Under the pieces are notes generated by a model. It saw nothing but the letters and a program-made list of their open reading frames with translations, was not told the origin of the DNA and did not search any database. From NCBI RefSeq assembly GCF_964204645.1, contig NC_134025.1:4774001-4838000 (forward strand): a DNA stretch of 64,000 bases, in the 5' to 3' direction. This DNA is from Tubulanus polymorphus (lineage: Eukaryota; Animalia; Nemertea). The translations under genes were made by a program, and so were the position numbers. Of this stretch, positions 54,162 to 64,000 are shown piece after piece; the stretch's first letter is position 1, and each line of letters begins with the position of its first letter.

Positions 54162-55646
54162 GGCCACTAATACTACCCCCTGAAATAAAATCAGTATCAG
54201 ATTTCTGGTTAGTATGTGATAAAGACAAGTCGCAACAATATATGTTACCATCAGACAGTGTACCTCACAATAACATGAGCATTAGTCGAAATTCTAATTT
54301 ACTATCTATCTAGACATTCAGATGTCCACGTGAAAAATTAAGACAAATCATGTTTCTAGATTCATCATCTTTCATTGAGTTTGGAACAGAATTAGGGGCC
54401 TATGAGGGACGGATCCAGGAATTTAGAATAGAGGGCCCAAAATTTCTTAGGCCTAGTTGTTTAGAGTACAGATAGAGCGAGCACTAACATGACTAAAGCT
54501 AGAGTAGGGGTTTGTAAGAACATCTGAAAAAATTGACAAAGTACAGTGCTTCTAAAATGAACATGCAATTATGTTATCTTGGCAAAATATAGGGCACCAG
54601 CCTTGGTGGATAGATTGTAACTGGAATGGAATTGTTCTCTTATGTTCTAGTTAGTGTACTAAAATACTAGCACTGAATTCAATTGACAAAAGCAGTCGTA
54701 CTAATCACTATTCTACTAGCAAATTTACAGTTAACTCAAATACATGTGTGGGGATGACATGCATGTTCCCACCACAACTGCCAGAAACACAATAGAAGAA
54801 AACCCTGCAGGATCGAAGCCTTTTATTTTAATTTTTTACAGCGCCGGGTCAACCGTAACGGTTTGCCGGCTTTTTAATTCACAACGCTCATTTGACATTT
54901 ATTAGGACGTCATTTATAATAGGGAATCCTAATGCACTGACTACCGAGAAGATTAATTACACAGTACTATAAACATACTTTAATGTGCAATGTAGAAAAT
55001 TGAGTCTGGAGGCAACGATAGGTTAAAAACCGACAGAATAGTGAAGAAAGTTTGCGGCGATCAGAACATTTTACACACGGCGGCCATTTTTCTACAGATG
55101 CCCAATTAAACATCATCCCACTTCTTCATTCTAAATAATTTCTCACAACTCACTTATCAATCTGTCTGTGTCGATAGGAGTAATTGGAAATATTAGAGCA
55201 CTTGGTAATTAAGCTTATTTACATGAATTGGGGTAATATGTGTGATTTGAATTTAAAATCTAGGCAATTACTATCTATGCTGATCGTCGTTATGATCAGA
55301 GGCTGGAACAGCCAATAACATGCCCACGTGATCAGATCTGGCAGTTGCTGTGGCACGCGAGTTAATATGCTCCATTGCCAGGGCTGGAATCCAATAACTT
55401 CAATCCAAAGGTTATTTTGTCTCCATTGGAACGAATATGAATACTTGAGTGACACCGATCTAGGGAGATCCGATAAAAACACAAGGATCCAGCAGAACGA
55501 GACTCCATTTTATTGCTATGATAATGATTTTTAGAATTCAAGAAGTTCCATGTTTTATTAGACATTCAACGACTAGAACACAGGCAGTCAAAACAATTTT
55601 GATCAATGTCATATTTATTTTCAATATATCTAAACATTTTCCTACA

Positions 55647-57372
55647 TCATTGATTGGATATTTTTTCTTCACAGTTATCTATAGCCCCTTGAGCATCCAA
55701 TTTATAAAACATAAATAGTCCTTGAAGTTGAGCAGCACTGATATTCATTGCACAGTTCGTGATGCGTTTAGTGAACTCCTGAGCTCTGGATATTGACTGA
55801 TCAGGATAAAATCTCAAAAACATTTGTTCTATTTGATATGGAGAAGCATAGTCTATTTTCTGTCTCACGTCTACCCTTCCCGGTCGAATCAAGGCAGGAT
55901 CCAGCCTGTAAAAACACAAAACACAAATTTTTAAGAATAAGAGAAATTAGCTTTTGTCAAGAAAACTTATAAGCATATATTTCCTGTTTCTGACCTGTCA
56001 ATGTAATTTGTTGTCATGAATATAATTCGGGCCTCAGCTGAAGCTACACCATCTAGAGCGTTCAGTAATCCGCTGAAAGTCAATCGCGATAAACCTTGAT
56101 ACATCTTAGATTCTGAAAGTAAAAAGAAATGCGAATCACATGTGGACTTTTGTCCTTTCTTATCAATTTCTGTAGGTATTGAATAATTCTTTGTCAGTTT
56201 GAGTGTCAGATTTTTCTTTTAAAAAAAACATGATCTTGAACTGTTTGATGTGCTCAGGTGTTATTTGATACACTGCATGCGGAATCCAGCACGTGATGTG
56301 TGCAGGATTTGGTTTGATTGAGAAACATGCATATTTCTTAGCATGACTTTAAGAGACATTTCAAAGATAATCTTCGAGTTGACCATCCCAATTTGCTTCT
56401 TACCTATTTCAGATTTTTCCTGATCCCTGCTGCTGAAAGCAGCATCCACATCTTCCAGTAAAATGATACTCTGTTGGGGTGCTACTGTGAGTAAATGGTT
56501 TAAGCGATCATCCGTCAAACCGCGTTCACTGAGGTTCAATACACAAATACCGTAATCCAGAGCACCTAAAAATGCAGTCGATATGAGAAAATAATTCAAC
56601 TGAAATAAGGAAAATTAAGAAAAAATAATTGTAACTAACCTGCTAATGCCATGATGAAGCTACTTTTGCCACAGCCGGGAGGACCATACAATAAATATCC
56701 CCTGCGGTATGGTATTCCTCTGTCCATGTACCATTTTGGATTGTTTATGAATTCAGTAACATCTGAATGAAGTTTCTCTGGAATATCCTTATCCAGTACC
56801 ACAGATTCTAATGGACGTTTCTTTCTGGGATAACCGAACTGTCTCCAATCACCACCCATAGCGGTGTACATGATTGTTTTGCCTTCTTGATGTTGCAAGG
56901 CCATTTGACGAGCGTATTCAAGAATTTCGAAATAAATAGTCCTTTTCATACCAAGCGTTGTCAGCGTAACAGTTTCCCAAGGTACACCGTGTTGAAAATC
57001 AACCATCTGTTTCTCGCGATTTCTTTCAACTTTGATGAAGTGGTTTTTATACCAGAAGAAATGTGTGCCCGGACTCGGTATGAAGTCAAAGTGAGTTGTC
57101 ACTTTGCCAGCTTCGCTCTGCTGGAATTTCGTTTCGACACTTAAATGTTGAGTTCTTGTTCCGTGTTCAGCGAGCCAATGTAACAACCATTGATAGCTTT
57201 TATCTTTACTAGGAACTTCCAAAGTAATCATACAGTGTCGCCGGAATAAAGTGACTCCATGTTGACCACCCTTTTTGAGAATGGCCAAAGCTGTACCAAC
57301 ACCAACAAGTCCAAATCCAGCACCAAAATATGGATTGTCTTTCAAAGATAGAATTAACTCAGAAAGTGGCAT
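55647..57372 (-). CDS. BCS1L: Mitochondrial AAA chaperone BCS1 (4 coding exons)
   Basis: [26 protein letters not shown], Walker A (GPPGCGKS), Walker B (ILLEDVD), [15 protein letters not shown] and [17 protein letters not shown]. Exons 57372-56640, 56565-56404, 56112-55995 and 55905-55647. Confidence 0.97.
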
Positions 57373-57849
57373 GTCGACCTATATCACCTTTAGCTACCAC
57401 CCAGTACTAAAAGACTGAAAAAGAAAATAAGACTTTTTATAGCAATGGTTTCTTGTCACATCTCATACTGGTTTGTGGCGTCCGAAAGCAAAGCAAATCT
57501 TTCGAAAAAAGGAAGGGCCTGTGACAATGACAGTCAAGTCAGAGTTTTGTGCGTCCCGTGGACGTGGTGGTCAAGAAATTTTGTGTTTTTTTCTACTATC
57601 GTGAAGTGAGCCTGTTATTCCAGCCTCGTATTCAGATATAGTGTGTACACACTGTATAGCTGCCTGTAGATACTGTTGACATGAAATGTATAACTTAACA
57701 CTTTGACCGGACGAAACGACGATCATTCAATAAAGTCACCGGGGCAGAAGAGTGATCAATAATTGTTTTATATAATTAAAATGTGTAGTGATTTTCGTAA
57801 ATTTCATAGATTTTCATCGAAATGTATTTTACATCAATTATGCCTGTTA

Positions 57850-60800
57850 AAATTCAAATATGTCTAAAAGTAAAACAAGGCTACCTGAAAATTAATTTCT
57901 CTATTCTTCGTGTTGATTTAAAGCAGATGTCTTCATTTGTTCATAGTAAAAAATACGCAATATTTCAACGCACGATTGCATCATGGCTCAACATGTTAAC
58001 ATTAAAATTCAAAATCAAATTTCTCTAAAACTAAAACCTCAGGGTTCCTGAAAATTAAGTATATTATTAAGGAAACTCTATTCTTTAAGTTGATTTAAGG
58101 CAGATGTCTGTGCATTGATTTGATCATAGTAAAAAAACGCGTTATTTCAATACACGATTGCATCATTGCGTGATATTTAAAAAGTTAAAATTCATAATGA
58201 GATTTCTCTGAAACTCTGAAACCTGAGACTTCCTTAAAATTAAGCATATTAATAAGCACACTCTGATGTAAAGTTGATGTAAAGCAGATGTCTGTGCATT
58301 GGTTTGATTATAGTAAAAAATGCGTCATTTCAATAGACGATAGCATCGTGGCACGATATTCAAAAATTAAAACTAAAAATCAAATTTCTCTTAAACTCAA
58401 ACCTGAGGATAATTAAGTTTATTAACTCTAGTCTTTAAGTTGATTCAAGGCAGATGTCTGTGCATTGATTTGTTCATAGTAAAAAAACGCGTCATTTCAA
58501 TACATGATTGCATCATTGCGCGATATTCAGAAATTTAAATTTCAAAAAATAAAATTCCATTAAACTAAAACCTGAGGCTTTCTGAAAATCGAGAATATTA
58601 TAAAGGAAACTCTATTATTAAGGCAGATGTCTGTGCAATGATTTGATCATAGTAAAAAATGCAATATTTCAATACACGACTGCATCAAGGCGCAGTATCT
58701 AAAAATTAAAATTCAAAATCAAATTTCTCTAAAACTAAAACCTGAGGCTTTCTGAAAATCAAGTATATTAATAAGGAAACTCTATTCTTTAAGTTGATTT
58801 AAGGCAGATGTCTGTGCATTGATTTGATCATAGTAAAAAAAACGCGTCATTTCAATACGCGATTGCATCATTGCGCGATATTTAAAAAGTTAAAATTCAA
58901 AATCAAATTCCTCTTAAACTAAAACCTGAGGCTTTCTGAAAATCCAGTATAATATTCAGGAAACTCTATTCTTTAAGTTGATTTAAGGCAGATGTCTGTG
59001 CATTGATTTGATCATAGTAAAAAAACGCGTCATTTCAATACGCGATTGCATCATTGCGCGATATTTAAAAAGTTAAAATTCAAAATCAAATTCCTCTTAA
59101 ACTAAAACCTGAGGCTTTCTGAAAATCCAGTATAATATTCAGGAAACTCTATTCTTTAAGATGATTTAAGGCAGATGTCTGTGCATTGATTTGATCATAG
59201 TAAAAAAACGCGTCATTTCAATACACGATTGCATCATGGCACGATATTCAGAAATTTAAATTTCAAGATTAAATTTCTCTAAAATTAAAACCTGAGGGTT
59301 CCTGAAAATTAAGTATATTAATAAGCAACCTCTATTCTTTAAGTTGATTCAAGGCAGATGTCTGTGCATTGATTTGATCATAGTAAAAAAACGCGTCATT
59401 TCAATACACAATTGCATCATGCCACGATATTGTGAAATTTAAATTTCAAGATTAAATTTCTCTAAAACTAAAACCTGAGGGTTCCTGAAAATTAAGTATA
59501 TTAATAAGCAAACTCTATTCTTTAAGTACATTTAAGGCAGATGTCTGTGCATTGATTTGATCATAGTAAAAAAATGCGTCATTTCAATACACGATTGCAT
59601 CATGGCGCGATATTCAGAAATTTAAATTTCAAGATTAAATTTCTCTAAAATTAAAACCTGAGGGTTCCTGAAAATTAAGTATATTAATAAGCAAACTCTA
59701 TTCTTTAAGTTGATTCAAGGCAGATGTCTGTGCATTGATTTGATCATAGTAAAAAAACGCGTCATTTCAATACACAATTGCATCATGGCACGATATTCAG
59801 AAATTTAAGTTTCAAGATTAAATTTCTCTAAAACTAAAACCTGAGGGTTCCTGAAAATTAGGTATATTAATAAGCAAACTCTATTCTTTAAGTACATTTA
59901 AGGCAGATGTCTGTGCATTGATTTGATCATAGTAAAAAAATGCGTCATTTCAATACACGATTGCATCATGGCGCGATATTCAGAAATTTAAATTTCAAGA
60001 TTAAATTTCTCGAAAACTAAAACCTGAGGGTTCCTGAAAATTAAGTATATTAATAAGCAAACTCTATTCTTTAAGTTGATTCAAGGCAGATGTCTGTGCA
60101 TTGATTTGATCATAGTAAAAAAACGCGTCATTTCAATACACGTTTGCATCATTGCGCGATATTCAGAAATTTAAATTTCAAGATTAAATTTCTCGAAAAC
60201 TAAAACCTGAGGGTTCCTGAAAATTAAGTATATTAATAAGCAAACTCTATTCTTTAAGTTGATTCAAGGCAGATGTCTGTGCATTGATTTGATCATAGTG
60301 AAAAAACGCGTCATTTCAATACACGATTGCATCATGGCGCGATATTCAGAAATTTAAATTTCAAAATCAAATTTCTCTTAAACTAAAACCTGAGGGTTCC
60401 TGAAAAGTAAGTATATTGATAAGCAAACTGTAGTCTTTGAGTTGATGTAAAGCGCATGTCTGTGCATTGATTTGATCATAGTAAAAAAAACGCGTCATTT
60501 CAATACACGATTGCATCATGGCACGATATTTAAAAAGTTAAAATTCAAAATCAAATTTCTCTAAAACTAAAACCTGAGGCTTTCTGAAAATCCAGTATAA
60601 TATTCAAGAAACTCTATTCTTTAAGTTGATTTAAGGCAGATGTCTGTGCATTGATTTGATCATAGTAAAAAAACGCGTCATTTCAATACACGATTGCATC
60701 ATGGCGCGATATTCAGAAATTTAAATTTCAAAATCAAATTTCTCTAAAACTAAAACCTGGGGCTTTCTGAAAATCAAGTATAATATTCAGGAAACTCTAT

Positions 60801-60900
60801 TCTTTAAGTTGACTTAAGACAAAAAGAATTTCTTTTATCTGAATTTTTTAAATATCTATAAGTTGATGTTAGGCAGAAGTCTGTGCATTGGTTTTTACGT
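57850..60900. repeat. Tandem satellite array, ~183-bp unit, about 16-17 copies
   Basis: The anchor gcagatgtc recurs at 58988, 59171, 59354, 59537, 59720, 59903, 60086 and 60269 (183-bp spacing). Edge copies are degenerate. Confidence 0.97.
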
Positions 60901-62289
60901 GGTATTGCAATAAACATTTGCACCATGGAGCGATATTCAAAACGAACACGAACACGTAAAACATAATTAATGAAAATGGCGTTTCATTAAAATTTCTCAC
61001 GGTTTATACCTCCTTTCGTTGGCTACTTATATGAAGTAAAATGTAAAAATTTGAAGCAAAGCGAGGAGGCGCTGCACAAACTGCTCTTTCTGGACATATG
61101 ACTGGCCCTTATAAGGGCCTATGATACGGGGATAGCTTTTGACCATAACGATGTTGCTGCATTCGATGTCAGCCGAATATACTCAGCCTTATTTTTTAAT
61201 GCACCTTTATCAATTTCCTTGTCAATGCTGCTACTGCTGCCGTTGTTTCCGTCATCATCGCTTTCTTCAGAAGCGGCTAACAAAGAGGTTTGCATGGCTT
61301 TAACAATATCAGCATATGTTATCGGTGAGGATATGGTCGATTCTATGCAACTCGAATTCGATGAGCTGGTCAAATCAACTTCATTTTGAATGTTATTGCA
61401 GGATTCCTACAAATAAATATTACTATCAGTCACGGTGCAAAAAGTGCAGATCTGTTCGAAAAATACTTATTTTTTGATAGATGGTGTATTGCTGCACTTT
61501 ACCGAACTTTGATTGTGTACGGGGACACAGGTAGAACAATTCGAAACCTATATAAATGGCTAAAAATGATACCTTGTTTCTCATCTATAGAGGAAAACTG
61601 TATGCCCAAAAGTGACCAGGCAGGCAGCATTTTATTTTTATTTTTTCCATAAAAAGTATGAAATTTGACATATTTCCACCAGGCCGGCCTTTCTTTATTT
61701 TCATTTCAAAACTGTTTCCACTGAAATTTTTGAGATAAAAAAGATGTACAGGATATGGTTTTTAGAAGTTCTTACTGTTTGTCAAATACCATTATAGTAT
61801 ACTTGTAGGTCTAGTTTGATTTCCAGATGTTGGATCATTCATATCTTCCTGTTTTCCCCAATTTTCGAGGGTACGTTAACTATTCAACTATTTTTCTAAA
61901 TAGCCAGAATGGAAACAATAAGCAAGAGACTCTGCCTAGTTTAGCTGCCAAACCTTGGATCATTCCCAACTACCGAGGATTTTTCGCTCATGGCTACAAA
62001 GCGTTCTATAGAATAAGCTTTAGTAAATATCGAAGAAACGCCATTAGTATGGGGAGTTGGCGTGATTCAATCGCATGAAAATACTTATTTAGTGCCACGA
62101 ATTAAATATCTAAAAGTAAATGAAATTATGAAAATCTCCAAATCCCAGACAAGAATCATCATGAACCAAATATAAATTACCTTATATTTCCAATTTGAAT
62201 CTGATTTTTAAATTTCAACTTCAAAAACATTTTTTTTTAATTTCTTTATGAAACAAGAGTTTCGAAAGTCGAAATGATTGAGTGATTAA

Positions 62290-62432
62290 GTCGAAATGAT
62301 CGAGTGTATTTCTGTTAAAAGCAAAGGTGTCCAGACTAATCTAGAAGTCTGGACACCAGTCGACGTTACGGGTTCTGGAACAACGACGATACTACCCAGG
62401 AGTGTTGGCGTAGGTTCAAGTCCCGACCTCAC
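62290..62432 (+). mobile_element. tRNA-derived SINE-like head with an internal hairpin
   Basis: A-box-like gtcgaaatgatcgagtg (tandemly duplicated), a 12-bp hairpin at 62326-62357, and a B-box ggttcaagtcc at ~62413. Confidence 0.45.
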
Positions 62433-63079
62433 GCTATTCGGCATCTGATTTTAAACAAGTAAATTCATTACCATATACTACTTATATTGACCCACCCGGT
62501 CGGTTTTTATCTGCATCATAAAAATAAGAAGGTAATAGGCCCGGTCGGCAGCATTTATTTTTATGATTTTTGTCGTACTTTATGGGACTCGGTCGGAGAA
62601 TGGGAAACAGGGTATCATTTTTTGCCTTAAACTGAGAAAATGAAATAATCAATAAATTACTGGTGCAGGTTGATCAAAGGCGAAAACAACAGCAAAATAC
62701 GCGAAGTTGAGTTTTATACCAAACATCATATAATTTACGGGTGAATAACCATGGACAGTGGTAATAACTAGCTTTCTTCAAGCATCAGAGAGGGGATTTA
62801 AAATCAGTGGTGATTTGGAGAGGGGATTATTTCTTAGCCCTTAACACCAGGAGCAGAATTTTCAGCGCAGCACAAGAGCGCATTTTGCTGTCATCACTTT
62901 TGGAGTAATAACGCATGTGCATTGACTACGAATGCTGCGCAAAGGCTTAATTAACTACTTGTCATCGGCTTCTGCTAATTTGTTGCCCACACCTTGCTAT
63001 GATCACCTACAGGCCTACCTCTACTCTCTTTTGCGGATGCATCCATATTACATAGTTTGAATCTAATTCAGACGAAGAA

Positions 63080-63780
63080 TCATCATGTAAAGACTGTAAT
63101 ATGATGTACATCGGCGAAACGGGACGTAATCTTAGTCAGCGTATTAAAGAACACAACATAGATATCCGCACCCAAAAGCCTGAGAGTGGAATAGCAAATC
63201 ATGTCTTTACAACTAATCACCAATTTGACTTTCAGAATTCGAAACTTATTTATCCTTGTAAAGATATTAATAAGAGACACATAGTGGAATCAGCCCTAAT
63301 ATGTAAACTTTCGAAATCCAATTTATCTACTAATTTAAATACTGGTTTTTCTCCACATAACCAATTATTATCCAGACACATCAATTCTTTATTAGATTTG
63401 GGTTAATGTCACTATGTGTCACTCTGTTATCGCCACCCTCTTCAGTCCACTTCACTTAGTTACATAATTTGTTTTTACTCTGAACTGTTTAGAATTGCTG
63501 TGGTTTCCACGGTACCCCTTGATGTTTTATTGCTTGGTCTGTTTATCTTTAGTTTTGACACACTGCTTCTATTTTAGATCCTGTGAGTTTATATGCTTTG
63601 TAACTTGTTTTTCTAGTCATTCCACCTGATGATGGCTGCTAGTCAACAGCCGAAACGTTGTGGTTTCGTAATGATAAATTTGATCGTATAATTTTAAATT
63701 CGAAGTGTGAGATTTCTTCATTTATCATCGCTGATATTTATAATGAATTTGTCAACCAAATCATTTGCATTATAAACTGA
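63080..63780 (+). mobile_element. 5'-truncated Penelope-like retroelement (GIY-YIG endonuclease C-terminus + 3' pLTR-like region)
   Basis: CKDCNMMYIGETGRNLSQRIKEH...SGIANHVF..NHQFDF...KRHIVESALI...NLNTG (ORF to 63406) matches the PLE GIY-YIG pattern. A hammerhead motif follows downstream. The right boundary is approximate. Confidence 0.88.
63622..63663 (+). ncRNA. Minimal type I hammerhead ribozyme (Penelope-associated)
   Basis: Layout: CCAC - CUGAUGA - U - GGCUG(cuagucaa)CAGCC - GAAA - C G U U - GUGG. It has a 4-bp stem I, a 5-bp stem II, a palindromic ACGU stem III and a GUU cleavage triplet. Confidence 0.8.
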
Positions 63781-64000
63781 CTTGTGTAATATCAGGGAGG
63801 TGGGAGTGAACTCCCACCTCCCTGGTGGAGATGCAAGTTATGTGTGTGTAGTTATTCACTCTTGGTGGACGCTGGGCTGCAGTGGGTCAGCACATCTGTG
63901 ATGGATCATTTGTGTAGCAGCTATCTGACAGCTCACAGCAGTAGCTGCTCTTTGATATGGAGAAAAAGCCGCACGTCAACTCATTATGAATAGACTTTAC

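Noticed and set aside
57850-60900. CRISPR-like regular repeat array
   Set aside because: The whole 183-bp unit repeats with no unique spacers, there are no cas genes, and the context is eukaryotic. It is a satellite.
62290-62432. Possible tRNA gene
   Set aside because: A- and B-box-like motifs are present but too far apart, and no acceptor or anticodon cloverleaf forms. Treated as SINE-like.

Overview
AT-rich, intron-containing animal genomic DNA. The compact introns and gene content suggest an invertebrate, probably a spiralian, but the taxon cannot be fixed from the sequence. Genes in order: TRMT6 (+); two tandem prolyl 4-hydroxylase alpha genes (+); an SLC19 thiamine/folate transporter (+); a TWIK-type two-pore K+ channel (-) with two paralogous alternative first coding exons; SAE1 (+), which carries a nested antisense Ig-domain membrane protein gene in one intron; an LRRC74-like LRR/EF-hand gene (+); a large ankyrin-WGR-PARP gene of the PME-5/TANK-1 type (-); and BCS1L (-). 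The last ~6 kb is repeat-rich: a ~183-bp satellite array, a tRNA-like SINE head, and a 5'-truncated Penelope-like GIY-YIG fragment followed by a minimal hammerhead ribozyme. Several MITEs sit in introns. Exon boundaries were read by eye from GT-AG sites and reading frame, so some may be off by a few nucleotides.
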